Below, piece after piece: positions 36,178-44,922 of a DNA stretch of 64,000 nucleotides; within the stretch, counting starts at the first letter, position 1; every line of letters begins with the position of its first letter. This stretch comes from a virus (taxonomy: Duplodnaviria; Caudoviricetes), in the IMG/VR virus record IMGVR_UViG_3300020202_000075, positions 1,180 to 65,179 of that record; one strand, given 5' to 3'. The notes below the pieces were generated by a model, which saw only the letters and a list, made by a program, of their open reading frames with translations, had not been told where the DNA came from and made no database searches. A program made the position numbers and the translations under genes.

Positions 36178-36848
36178 GCGTCCACCCGAACGGTCTGCTG
36201 CTGCGGTTTCCCGACCCGTAGCTTCGGCCAGTCCTGACGGACGCAATTCGCAAAGGCTGCGTCGAAGTCGGCGTAGCGGTAAGCCCTGGCTCGGCAAACG
36301 TCGTGAAAGGCAGCGACGTAGCGATGTACGTCCTCGGGCACTAGCCCGAACTCCCGGCTGACTCTCTCAACGGTCGTGGGTGAAGGGGTCCAGTCCGTAG
36401 GCAACAAAGACTTCAACTCGCGGCTCGTCCGCGACGTTGCCCCCTTACCCTTACCCTTACCCTTACCCAAGCCGTCAGTTGTCTGACATATGTCGGACAG
36501 TTGACCGTCAATTGGCGTACACCCGTCGTCCGTAGGGCTTGGGTACTTCGCCCGGCTGCGGACACGCTGCTCCCACTTGCTGACAGCCAGATACGGCTTT
36601 TCGTCTTTACGGTAACGGGCGATTAAGCCCTTGCCAGCGAGCGCTCCCAGCCACCGCTCGATTTGTGCCGGCGTGACGCTATCCCTCAGCGGAAAGCATT
36701 GTGCTTTCAAGATCGCCGGCCTGGCATCCGCAAAGCCGAAGTCATCGCAAACCACAAGGAGCCGGTAGAACATCACCTCCTCCTCTGGAGCAAGTAGATT
36801 GATTAGTTCCGATGTACAGATACCGTCCCTTAACAACCTATTCGGCAC
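36174..36848 (-). CDS. replication initiator protein
   Basis: N-terminal winged-helix pattern DDFG...GLIARY, GK dipeptide linker, C-terminal YADFDAAFAN. Confidence 0.8.
   Translation of the reverse strand: MPNRLLRDGICTSELINLLAPEEEVMFYRLLVVCDDFGFADARPAILKAQCFPLRDSVTPAQIERWLGALAGKGLIARYRKDEKPYLAVSKWEQRVRSRAKYPSPTDDGCTPIDGQLSDICQTTDGLGKGKGKGKGATSRTSRELKSLLPTDWTPSPTTVERVSREFGLVPEDVHRYVAAFHDVCRARAYRYADFDAAFANCVRQDWPKLRVGKPQQQTVRVDA
36442..36468. repeat. (CCCTTA)4 tandem repeat encoding GKGKGKGK linker
   Basis: Direct inspection. Confidence 0.85.
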
Positions 36849-36953
36849 TACGCCTGCTCTTCCCCCCTGCTCTGTTGTTATGGGTCGGGGCTGGCGAGGA
36901 GAGCAGGGAACCTCGCCGGGCTCTAGATTCCCTGCCCCGTTAGTTCTTTGTCC

Positions 36954-37382
36954 TCATGCCGCCACCTGCATTTGCTGCTGACGAGCTGCCAGCAGAAAGG
37001 CGCGCCGTTGTTCTATTTCGTTCAGTTCCGCCTCTACGTCGTGCTCTTTGAGCTTGAATCCGAACTTGAGGCAATCGAATTGCATCGGCGCGAGGTTGCC
37101 GCAAATTGACATCAGTTGAGTTCGCTTCCTCGCAGGAAGATGCCCCCTGCCCTGCATGATTCGGCTCCAGTGGCCTTTATCGATCCCAAGCTTGAAGGCG
37201 ATGGTTTCGTTTGAAAGCCTGGAGAGGTGAACGCAGAGCTGCAGCGCCGCCAACTCGTCATCGCACTTCGCCACCACGTTCCAGTCAACGAGTTCAGGCT
37301 TCGTCCGCACTATCCCAATCAGCGCCATCTCGCGTTGACTTTGGTTGAGTGCGGTTGACTTGGTGGTATCGAACTGAGCCAT
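36954..37382 (-). CDS. CII-like HTH regulator
   Basis: IAFKLGIDKGHWSRIMQG; follows cro. Confidence 0.7.
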   Translation of the reverse strand: MAQFDTTKSTALNQSQREMALIGIVRTKPELVDWNVVAKCDDELAALQLCVHLSRLSNETIAFKLGIDKGHWSRIMQGRGHLPARKRTQLMSICGNLAPMQFDCLKFGFKLKEHDVEAELNEIEQRRAFLLAARQQQMQVAA

Positions 37383-37403
37383 TACGGTGCGCGAATGGTC
37401 AGC

Positions 37404-37447
37404 GAGAAAAGAAACCCCGGCGGGGCGATGGGAGCAACCCCGCCGGG
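37404..37447 (-). terminator. intrinsic terminator after cro (tR1-like)
   Basis: 10-bp GC stem 37416-37425/37438-37447 followed by TTTCTTTTCT on - strand. Confidence 0.65.
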
Positions 37448-37493
37448 TAATGCCCGCAAGCCCAACAGAGGAGGAGAGGCTTGCGGTAGGGGG

Positions 37494-37718
37494 TCATGCG
37501 TGTTCGGGGTAGAGGTCTGGCCGCAGATCGTGACGCAGCACGCGCGGCCTGCCGTTCTGGTCGCAAGTCGCCTTCTCGATTGCGAGCACCCGTTTCGCGG
37601 GGACGCCACGCTTGCGCCAGTTAACGATTACCTGCGGGGAGACTTGGAGCTTTTCGGCCAAGTCCGACAGTCCTCCCACGGCGGAAATCGCTCTGTCGAT
37701 TGGTGCTTTCTTAGCCAT
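37494..37718 (-). CDS. cro: Cro/YdaS-like HTH protein
   Basis: LAEKLQVSPQVIVNW..RGVP...HDLRPDLY; divergent from repressor. Confidence 0.85.
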   Translation of the reverse strand: MAKKAPIDRAISAVGGLSDLAEKLQVSPQVIVNWRKRGVPAKRVLAIEKATCDQNGRPRVLRHDLRPDLYPEHA

Positions 37719-37729
37719 CGCACCGCTAT

Positions 37730-37769
37730 CTAAACACAGGGTTTAGGTGTCTGTCAACGGCATGTTTAG
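37730..37769. promoter_or_regulatory. OR operators and pR-like promoter
   Basis: CTAAAC-N5-GTTTAG 37730-37746 and GTCAAC-N5-GTTTAG 37753-37769; TTGACA on - strand 37752-37757. Confidence 0.8.
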
Positions 37770-37794
37770 AGATGGGCAAATAGACTCATGCGGC

Positions 37795-38301
37795 ATGGCA
37801 AAGCCAAAAAAAGAACGAGCCAAGCCGCCAACGGTCTCGCACGATCCGCTTTTCAAATGGTTCGACAAGCACCCTGACAACCGGGCGGCGCTTCGGAAGG
37901 CTGGCTACTCGGACGGAAGGATCACGAACTGGAAAACACGGGGCATACCTAGGGGCCAGCTTGCCCACGTAGCCGAGGTAATGGGACTGTCCTTTGACCA
38001 GTACCTAGAGGCGGCTGGCGAGAAGCCGAAGGTAGCCACCGTGAACGGCTTAGTTTTGGAGCCAGAGGAAGCCGAGGCCATTCAAAGCCTAAGGGAAGCT
38101 ATGCCAGGGTGGCGCTCCTATGTCCTAAACCTCGCTATGACTAGGCAAGACCAGCAGGAGATGCTGCTGGAAGTCCTTACCCTGCCAAAGCCAAAGCCAG
38201 ACGATGCCCCACCCAAGCGCAAATCACACGTGATTTCAAGGGGTAGGCTACGCAAGTCAGGAAAACCTGACGCGGATGTGAAACGGTTGAAAAACAACTA
38301 G
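37795..38301 (+). CDS. phage repressor (CI-like HTH, no S24 peptidase domain seen)
   Basis: ITNWKTRGIP..L..VAEVMG HTH; divergent from cro between operator pairs. Confidence 0.75.
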   Translation: MAKPKKERAKPPTVSHDPLFKWFDKHPDNRAALRKAGYSDGRITNWKTRGIPRGQLAHVAEVMGLSFDQYLEAAGEKPKVATVNGLVLEPEEAEAIQSLREAMPGWRSYVLNLAMTRQDQQEMLLEVLTLPKPKPDDAPPKRKSHVISRGRLRKSGKPDADVKRLKNN

Positions 38302-38357
38302 AAAAATTATCAATTTGTAGGGCCAAAAGCTACAGGGTTTGTAGTACAAGTTGCGAC

Positions 38358-38606
38358 ATGGGCGATTTGGTTGATTTTCCACTCACCCGTGACCAGACCG
38401 ATACGGTCGAAGCACTACAAGACCTGTTGGCGGAAGCCGAAAGCGGGCGCATCAACGGCTTTGCGTACATCACTAGGGCGGCAGGGACCGACTACTCCAT
38501 AGGAGCGGCGGGATCGGCCATGAGGTGCCCTGATGCTACGCAGCAGCTCCTGATGCTCCTGTACGTAGAGCTTTCCAAGATCACGCGGACCAGGCAGCAC
38601 CCCTAG
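38358..38606 (+). CDS. small conserved phage protein downstream of repressor
   Basis: TVEALQDLLAEAESGRINGFAY. Confidence 0.65.
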   Translation: MGDLVDFPLTRDQTDTVEALQDLLAEAESGRINGFAYITRAAGTDYSIGAAGSAMRCPDATQQLLMLLYVELSKITRTRQHP

Positions 38607-38647
38607 CCGTTTCCTGACAGGACTGGCCACTGACGGGCGGTCCTGTC

Positions 38648-38688
38648 CTAAACAGCCTGTTGACTTATTCCTAAACCTGCTGTTTAAT
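38648..38688 (+). promoter_or_regulatory. OL operators and pL-like promoter
   Basis: CTAAAC-N5-GTTGAC 38648-38664, CTAAAC-N5-GTTTAA 38671-38687; TTGACT-17-TTTAAT. Confidence 0.8.
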
Positions 38689-38729
38689 CTCCCCTACACG
38701 CTTCAACCACCATAGGGGAGCGATACGGG

Positions 38730-39002
38730 ATGACTAAGTTCAACGCGTTGCAGATTCAGGAAGCGCTGGAAGACATCGGCTACGACGTGCGCGACGACTA
38801 CTCGGGCCGGAACATGTACGGCAAGGAGTGCCCCGGCGTCGAGGCCGGAAGCGAGGCGGAAATCTTCACGATGTTCGTGGAGTTGGCCGAGAACGATCCG
38901 GTGATGGCGAAGGAGCTTGCCAAGAGCGCTAAGACGGACAACATGGGCTTGGGCCTCATCGTCTACTGGCCGCGCTTCACCTACGAGCGCGAGGCCGCAT
39001 GA
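38730..39002 (+). CDS. hypothetical early protein
   Basis: YSGRNMYGKECPG...DNMG...IVYWP phage motif. Confidence 0.8.
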   Translation: MTKFNALQIQEALEDIGYDVRDDYSGRNMYGKECPGVEAGSEAEIFTMFVELAENDPVMAKELAKSAKTDNMGLGLIVYWPRFTYEREAA

Positions 39003-39187
39003 ACCGCGTTACTCCGCTCAAGCAGGCCATCAAGCGCAAGCCATGCGACGGGCAAGTGCGCTACCTGCCCACATCTTCTTTCCGGCCCTGTGCCAAAGCG
39101 GCGACGTACAGGGTTGGTAAGCGGCACTTCTGCGGCACCCATGCCAACGCCGCCGCGATCAGGATTCTTCTGATGGAGGCCGCATGA
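38999..39187 (+). CDS. small C-C-C-H zinc-finger-like protein
   Basis: PCD...PCAK...FCGTH; flanked by 17-bp direct repeats. Confidence 0.65.
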   Translation: MNRVTPLKQAIKRKPCDGQVRYLPTSSFRPCAKAATYRVGKRHFCGTHANAAAIRILLMEAA

Positions 39188-39317
39188 ACCGCCTCCCCGA
39201 CGACCTCCGCCACTTTCACCGCGACAGTTTCGCGCTGTTCACTCCTGACGAAGCCCTCGCCATCCTCGTCTGCCTGCTGTTCATCTTCTGGCTGGCGGAT
39301 CGGCTCGGGGTGTTCGC

Positions 39318-39500
39318 GTGATTACCAACCCCAAGTCTCAGGTAGCCGCCGAGGCGCTTATCAAGGCCCTCGGCAACACGCCCAACGCTCGCATCGTGGT
39401 CGAAGGCTTTTATGCGATGGCCCGGCTCGATGGAATGTTGGAAATCCTGCGCCTTGAAGAGCAGCGCAAGGTGAAGCCGCAGGAGCGCAAAGCCGCATGA
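39318..39500 (+). CDS. hypothetical protein
   Basis: Coupled ORF. Confidence 0.55.
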   Translation: MITNPKSQVAAEALIKALGNTPNARIVVEGFYAMARLDGMLEILRLEEQRKVKPQERKAA

Positions 39501-39733
39501 AGCGCGATCTGGAACTCCCCGAGTTCACCGGCCTAGCTGACGACCTCAAGCAGATCGTGCCCTCTGAGCTTGCCGAGCCCTTGGAGAGAATGTTCCTGAC
39601 CCTCTCCGAGATCAAGACAGTCAGAGCTTCGTTCGGCAAGCCCCATCTGCGCGAGCGTGTCGTGGTGGAAAGGCTGGAGGGGCACGCCGAGGAGATTTAC
39701 AGGGCGTGCGCGGCCCTCTGGAGGGATGCCTGA
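39497..39733 (+). CDS. hypothetical protein
   Basis: Coupled ORF. Confidence 0.6.
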   Translation: MKRDLELPEFTGLADDLKQIVPSELAEPLERMFLTLSEIKTVRASFGKPHLRERVVVERLEGHAEEIYRACAALWRDA

Positions 39734-40026
39734 TGGATAAGCAGTTGAAGGCGAAATGGGTAAAGGCTCTGCGGAGCGGCAAGTACAAGCAGGTCCGTGA
39801 GCATCTGTATCGAGATGGGGGCTACTGCTGCATAGGTGTTTTCCTCGCATGTAATTACGGCAAGCGACAACAAGAAGTGTACCGAGTTGGCTACACGGCG
39901 GCAGAGTCGATCATTGGCGGAGCGAATTGCGACAACCTCGTTGAGATGAACGACGGTCGCGGGAAGTTCATAGGCAACGCTCAATCATTCGAGCAAATCG
40001 CCGACTACATCGAGGCGAACCTGTGA
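39733..40026 (+). CDS. conserved phage protein
   Basis: KWVKALRSGKYKQ...YCCIGV...ND...SFEQIADYIE. Confidence 0.8.
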   Translation: MDKQLKAKWVKALRSGKYKQVREHLYRDGGYCCIGVFLACNYGKRQQEVYRVGYTAAESIIGGANCDNLVEMNDGRGKFIGNAQSFEQIADYIEANL

Positions 40027-40167
40027 AGCGCCTGACCGACCCCACGTTCCGCTACGTGCCCGCTGCCGCTACGGACATTCGCAAGACCTTCCAGCGCATC
40101 CGCCGCCAGCAGCAGGCCAATGCCAAGGAAGCCGCAGCAAAGACAGTTCAACTCCCCGCGAGGAAAC

Positions 40168-40341
40168 ATGGATGACTTCCAGCCCGGAGCCGACGCGCTC
40201 CCGCAGTTCCCTATGACCAACGAGCCCCAAGTCCTCACGGACGAGGACTGGAACCGCCTCTTCCGCGAAGAACGATTGTTCCGGCTTTGGGAAGATGGCG
40301 AGCTGGCCCGCCTGGATATGGAGGAACGCCTTGGGCGCTAA
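40168..40341 (+). CDS. small acidic protein
   Basis: GAGG RBS + ATG. Confidence 0.5.
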   Translation: MDDFQPGADALPQFPMTNEPQVLTDEDWNRLFREERLFRLWEDGELARLDMEERLGR

Positions 40342-40927
40342 AGACACCGGCATCGTCAATATCCACGGTCGGGATTACGAAACCGTCGCCCTGCGGGTCA
40401 AGAAGTTCCGCGAGGGGATCGGCGCTGGAATGTCTCTCGTCACCGAGATAGTCCACCGCGACGAAACCTGCGTGGTGATGAAGGCCACGATCAAGGACGG
40501 CACCGGCAACGTTGTAGCCACCGGCCATGCCGAGGAGTACCGGGACTCCTCCAAGATCAACGCTACGAGCGCCTTGGAGAACGCAGAGACTTCGGCCATC
40601 GGTCGCGCCTTAGCAGCTTTGGGCCTCGGCGGCACCGAGTTCGCCAGCGCGGACGAACTGAAACGCGCCATCGTGGACAAGCAGAGCATAACCCCTACAA
40701 GCGGTGCTAGGGGCCGGGTAGAGGTAGCCCGCCGCAAGATCATCGAGGACACAGCAATTCTCGTTAAAGACGCCTTGGCCGAGGAGCGGGACTTCGACGC
40801 GCTAGGTCTGTGCGAGGAGTTCACCGACCCCGACGAAAAGACTTATCTATGGACGTTCCTTGATAGCAAGGAGCGCAGCAGGATCAAGACCCAGGCCGAA
40901 GCGGCCAAGCAAAGAAAGGTGGCGTAG
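40331..40927 (+). CDS. Rad52/Sak-like single-strand annealing protein
   Basis: [32 protein letters not shown]; GAGG + TTG start. Confidence 0.8.
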   Translation: MGAKDTGIVNIHGRDYETVALRVKKFREGIGAGMSLVTEIVHRDETCVVMKATIKDGTGNVVATGHAEEYRDSSKINATSALENAETSAIGRALAALGLGGTEFASADELKRAIVDKQSITPTSGARGRVEVARRKIIEDTAILVKDALAEERDFDALGLCEEFTDPDEKTYLWTFLDSKERSRIKTQAEAAKQRKVA

Positions 40928-41179
40928 GTGGCATTCACGAAGAAAGAAGGTAACGGGGCGTTGTTCAAGAACAACGACCGTCAGAAGGAAACTCATCCCG
41001 AGTACAAGGGCGACATCCTCATAGGCGGGGTCGAGTACTGGCTTGGCGCTTGGGTGAAGGAGGGCAAGAACGGCAAGTTCTTCTCCATCTCCGCGACGCC
41101 CAAGAAGAAGGACGGGGCCTACCAGCCGGGTCCGAGCAAGCCTTCGCGGGATGACGATAAGGACTCTATTCCATTCTGA
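40928..41179 (+). CDS. SSB-like protein
   Basis: GALFKN..HPEYKG..YWLGAW; acidic C-terminus DSIPF. Confidence 0.8.
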   Translation: MAFTKKEGNGALFKNNDRQKETHPEYKGDILIGGVEYWLGAWVKEGKNGKFFSISATPKKKDGAYQPGPSKPSRDDDKDSIPF

Positions 41180-41577
41180 TGTTCTGCAAATCCTGCCAAC
41201 AAGAAAAGCCGGTGATGGATTTCTACGTCAGCAACCAGTCGCGCTGCATGGAGTGTGTGCGCAAGGCTGCGCGAGCAAACCGTCTGGCCAAGATCGACTA
41301 CTACCGGGCATACGACCGCAAGCGCGCCTCCATGCCGCACCGCATGCAGAAGAACCGAGACATTACCGAACGGTGGAAGGTGCTTAACCCATTGCGACGC
41401 GCCGCGCAAGTCAAGCTCGGGAATGCCTTGCGCGATGGCCGGGTAAAACGCCTGCCATGCCTCATCTGTGGCGGCAAGGCCGAAGCCCATCACACAGACT
41501 ATTCCGCGCCGCTGGATGTCGTGTGGCTCTGCCCGCCTCACCACAAGCAAGCCCACGCATTGGCTAAGGCAGCGTGA
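41179..41577 (+). CDS. HNH-like endonuclease
   Basis: CKSC...CLICG..AEAHH.DY..PLDVVWLC..HH. Confidence 0.8.
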   Translation: MFCKSCQQEKPVMDFYVSNQSRCMECVRKAARANRLAKIDYYRAYDRKRASMPHRMQKNRDITERWKVLNPLRRAAQVKLGNALRDGRVKRLPCLICGGKAEAHHTDYSAPLDVVWLCPPHHKQAHALAKAA

Positions 41578-41882
41578 CATTCCGCAGCCGAAAACTCCTA
41601 GACCTCGCTCACCAGATGCCTTGCATGGCCGACTTCCCCCACCAATGCAACGAACACTTGGGTTGTGTCCCCATGCACTCTGACTCTCATATCTTCGGCA
41701 GGGGTGGCTGGCACAAGTCCCATGACTTCGCCTTTGCTGCCGGGTGCTCAAACGCTCATGCGGTCATCACGGCGAAGGTAGGGGACAAGTTAACCAGGGA
41801 GCAGAAGTTCATGGACTGGCTAAGGGCCTACGTGAAAACGCAGGAATGGCTTTGGACGAACGGCAAGCTCAGAGTGGCCTAA
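41574..41882 (+). CDS. DUF1364/YbcO-like nuclease-fold protein
   Basis: RSRKLL..A...PC...HS...G...KSHD...A.GC..H. Confidence 0.7.
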   Translation: MTFRSRKLLDLAHQMPCMADFPHQCNEHLGCVPMHSDSHIFGRGGWHKSHDFAFAAGCSNAHAVITAKVGDKLTREQKFMDWLRAYVKTQEWLWTNGKLRVA

Positions 41883-41937
41883 CTCGATAGGTAGCACTGT
41901 CTAGAAGCACTGCACAAATTCAACCAAGGAGAAACAA

Positions 41938-42150
41938 ATGAAGCTCTACGAATACGCCGTCATCTACAACCCCCTGCAATCCAAGGAGCAGAACGAGCGC
42001 GGCGAGAAGCCGAAATCCACCCTCATCGTGGACGTGAAGCGCGTCCTCGCCAACAGCGACAAGGAAGCGCTGATGCTCGCGGCCCGCGACATCCCTGCCG
42101 ACTACACCGACAAGCTGGACCGCGTGGAGATCGCCTGCCGCCCTTTCTAA
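41938..42150 (+). CDS. small conserved protein ending RPF; candidate -1 frameshift extension to 42293
   Basis: AAGGAG RBS; C CCT TTC TAA plus downstream stem-loop. Confidence 0.8.
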   Translation: MKLYEYAVIYNPLQSKEQNERGEKPKSTLIVDVKRVLANSDKEALMLAARDIPADYTDKLDRVEIACRPF

Positions 42151-42322
42151 CTCCCCCTCCTGCAGCCGGACAGGCAGGGGGTATGGCAGCGGCGCTACAG
42201 AACATGAAGGCCGAGAACAACTGGCTTGGCGGCGGCATCTTGCGCGGATCGCCGTCAGCGGCGACGTACATGGCCGCGAGTTCTGTGCAGTAGTCACGCA
42301 CCCATACACAGCGAGGAACCCA

Positions 42323-42748
42323 ATGGCCCGCCTAGACCTGAACGTAAAAAACCTGACGATCCTCATCCACTTCATGGAGGGCTTGAATACCGACAAGTTC
42401 GACATGGACGAGTTTTTCCACGACTGCGGCACCCCGTCCTGTGCATTGGGATGGGCCACCACGATTCCGGCTCTGCAGGCCCAAGGACTCGACTCTGCGA
42501 AGCCGCTGCGGAACGAGGCCGTTGTTTTCGGCGAAGACGCCTACAACTGCTTCTTCAACGGGCTTCGTAACGGACACCTCAAGACCCCGCAGGAGTGGGC
42601 CGAGCACGCCAGGGCAGTCCTGAGGGGGCAGGGCTACGACGTTCCGCCGAAACGCGACGGTTTCAAGCGCTTTATGGACGCCGCGCTCAAGCCGATACCA
42701 GAAGCGACGCCGGATTTCATAGGCTACGTGGAGCGGTTCCCGCAGTGA
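42323..42748 (+). CDS. hypothetical protein
   Basis: FDM..F..CGT..CALGWA phage motif. Confidence 0.75.
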   Translation: MARLDLNVKNLTILIHFMEGLNTDKFDMDEFFHDCGTPSCALGWATTIPALQAQGLDSAKPLRNEAVVFGEDAYNCFFNGLRNGHLKTPQEWAEHARAVLRGQGYDVPPKRDGFKRFMDAALKPIPEATPDFIGYVERFPQ

Positions 42749-42774
42749 GGAACATTCCTACCTTCGGCACGGCT

Positions 42775-42975
42775 ATGAATGCAGCACCGCAGGCCAACGT
42801 CGCGGAACCTGTCGGGCCGGCCGAAGCCGCTAGGTCGGTCCCGCCTGCGGTTGCTGCACCCTGTCCCGAGTGCGGCGGAGAGCTTGACCGCGCCCACCGT
42901 GCAGGCGACGGATACGCCCCCGAGTGCTCCTACGAATACTGCCTGGAGTGCGGATGGCAGGGGGAGCCGGAGTAA
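42775..42975 (+). CDS. Zn-ribbon protein with hairpin-encoded N-terminus
   Basis: CPECGG...CLECGW; TAATG coupling. Confidence 0.55.
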   Translation: MNAAPQANVAEPVGPAEAARSVPPAVAAPCPECGGELDRAHRAGDGYAPECSYEYCLECGWQGEPE

Positions 42976-43151
42976 TGGAGCGTTTGACTGACCGGAATGT
43001 TCTCAGGCTGAAGGAGAAGCTGCTGGAGGAGTACGCCGAAATCATGCTCATCGCCCTGCGGAAAGAGGCCGGCGTTCTCCTCTCCACCGACGACTTCTAC
43101 AAAGCCAAGGAAAAGGTCATGGACGCCCTTAAGGGGATGACAACCGTATGA
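42975..43151 (+). CDS. hypothetical protein
   Basis: Coupled ORF. Confidence 0.6.
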   Translation: MERLTDRNVLRLKEKLLEEYAEIMLIALRKEAGVLLSTDDFYKAKEKVMDALKGMTTV

Positions 43152-43453
43152 AGCGCAAGACGAACGCCATACGCACGGAGCGTGTTACCCCTTCCGTTTA
43201 CCGGGAGGCTGCGCGCCGTATCGAGCGCGGATATTCCAACCGCTCCTGCGTGGCCATCGCTCACGTCCTGGGGCGCAACTACTACTGCGACGGAGGCGAT
43301 CAGCTTCCAGCGGTGCAGCGTTACGTCGAGGCCGTTCTTGGCGGCGTCGAGTGGACGTACATGCTTTACCCGGAGGAACACAGCGAGGCGCAAAACGCCC
43401 GCGTCGTCGCGCTCTGCTTCGCCGCAGAAATGTGCAGGACTGGCGACCTGTGA
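43148..43453 (+). CDS. hypothetical protein
   Basis: YREAARRI...RVVALCFAAEM. Confidence 0.7.
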   Translation: MKRKTNAIRTERVTPSVYREAARRIERGYSNRSCVAIAHVLGRNYYCDGGDQLPAVQRYVEAVLGGVEWTYMLYPEEHSEAQNARVVALCFAAEMCRTGDL

Positions 43454-43650
43454 ACGCCATGCACAGCTACACGAACGACCGCACGATCTACGCTGCGGCT
43501 TCCATCGTCGGGGCTGGCATAGCAGTTTGGTCGGCCATCATGGACCCGAACCTTACGGCCTTCACCGCAGGGCTGCTGCTCGGCGGCGGGATGGTGGCAT
43601 GGGACAGGGAACGCCGCGCTGCCACACCGAGGCGTCAACCCACGGAGTAA
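43450..43650 (+). CDS. small two-TM membrane protein
   Basis: Two hydrophobic segments; GTGA overlap. Confidence 0.55.
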   Translation: MNAMHSYTNDRTIYAAASIVGAGIAVWSAIMDPNLTAFTAGLLLGGGMVAWDRERRAATPRRQPTE

Positions 43651-43653
43651 ATA

Positions 43654-44007
43654 ATGGAAACCAAGAATGCCATCATTACCCACGCCAGCATCACAAATGC
43701 CGACCACGGCGTGCTGTCCGCGTGGCTGACGCTCGACTACGGCGGTAGCGGCCAGGGCTTCGGCGGCTACTCCCTGTACCTCCCCAAGTCGTTCAAGCAC
43801 CACAACCACGCCGGTCCGAACTACGCCGGCCACTTCATCTGGCGAGTGATGGAGATCGCGGGCGTCGAGCGGTGGGATCAGCTCGTCGGCACGACGATCA
43901 GGGTCAAGGCCGAGCATAGCGGCGTCCACGCCATCGGGCACATCGTCAAGGACGATTGGTTCTGCCCGAGCGACGATTTCCGCCGGCACGAGAAGGAGGC
44001 CGAGTGA
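43654..44007 (+). CDS. conserved phage protein
   Basis: NAII...DHG.L..WLTLDYGGSGQGFGGY...WFCP. Confidence 0.8.
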   Translation: METKNAIITHASITNADHGVLSAWLTLDYGGSGQGFGGYSLYLPKSFKHHNHAGPNYAGHFIWRVMEIAGVERWDQLVGTTIRVKAEHSGVHAIGHIVKDDWFCPSDDFRRHEKEAE

Positions 44008-44354
44008 GCGAAGGGAAACTCTCTACTACCCCAAAAGGACGACCGGAGGCGCCGCATGTCCCGGCGGCGTTCATAAACGCCATTGCCGAGGAAGGCACCA
44101 AGGCCGAGGCGGTCGAATGGCTGCAAAAGACGTGGAACGAACTGTGCCGCGCCGAGAGCGAGATCAGGAAGGTGCGGGAAGACCTTGAGCGCGCGGTGAG
44201 CAACCACGCCGCCGACCTGTCCCTAGCACGGTCGGAGAGCACGACGACTCTGCGCGAGGCCATCGCTCGGCACGTCGAGAGCTACCGAGGCCAGATGCCC
44301 GACCAGGTGCTGGACGTAATAGCTGCCGACATCAGGAACTTTCCCCATGAGTGA
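44004..44354 (+). CDS. hypothetical coiled-coil protein
   Basis: GGAGG RBS, GTGA overlap. Confidence 0.6.
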   Translation: MSEGKLSTTPKGRPEAPHVPAAFINAIAEEGTKAEAVEWLQKTWNELCRAESEIRKVREDLERAVSNHAADLSLARSESTTTLREAIARHVESYRGQMPDQVLDVIAADIRNFPHE

Positions 44355-44922
44355 GACGCGCCACGACGATAAGGAAAGGCCAGAACTGGAGCACCCGCTG
44401 CGCATGCTCAGGAACGCCACGATGCGCGTCGGCAGCTTCGGCAACATGAACATCGAGGTAGTACGCCGGGACGAAGCCGAGTCGATCCTGCGCGATGCGT
44501 TGCGGCCTGTCGTCGTTGCCGCGCTCGCCACGCCCGCCCCTGCCGCGCCCCTGTCTACCGCGCTCGGCCTTGCGGACGACATCGAGCGGTTCGTCAACAA
44601 CGGAATGACCGTGCAGCTTGGCACGGAGCAGTGCCGCATGGTGATCGACGCGCTGCGGTCGTCGCGCTCTGCCGGTATGTCCATCCCCGACCCGATGGGC
44701 AACGAGTTGGTGGCCCGTCTACGGTTCTTGGTGCAGGAGCGCCGTCACGTCCAGCTTGGGGTGGTTGACGCCGACCTGATAGCTGCCGCCGACCTGATCG
44801 AGCGGCTGGAGAAGGAGCAGGCCGACAACAGCATGAGCGTGCTGGTGCCGCTGGACGAATACGAGCGGCTGAAAGCCTGCGCAGGGTCCGCAACCGTGGC
44901 GTCTACACAGGAGAAGGGTTAA
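44347..44922 (+). CDS. hypothetical mosaic early protein
   Basis: LVARLR..AADLIERLE motif. Confidence 0.65.
   Translation: MSETRHDDKERPELEHPLRMLRNATMRVGSFGNMNIEVVRRDEAESILRDALRPVVVAALATPAPAAPLSTALGLADDIERFVNNGMTVQLGTEQCRMVIDALRSSRSAGMSIPDPMGNELVARLRFLVQERRHVQLGVVDADLIAAADLIERLEKEQADNSMSVLVPLDEYERLKACAGSATVASTQEKG

Noticed and set aside
36442-36468. Telomere-like (TAAGGG)n repeat
   Set aside because: In-frame Gly-Lys linker typical of phage replication initiators
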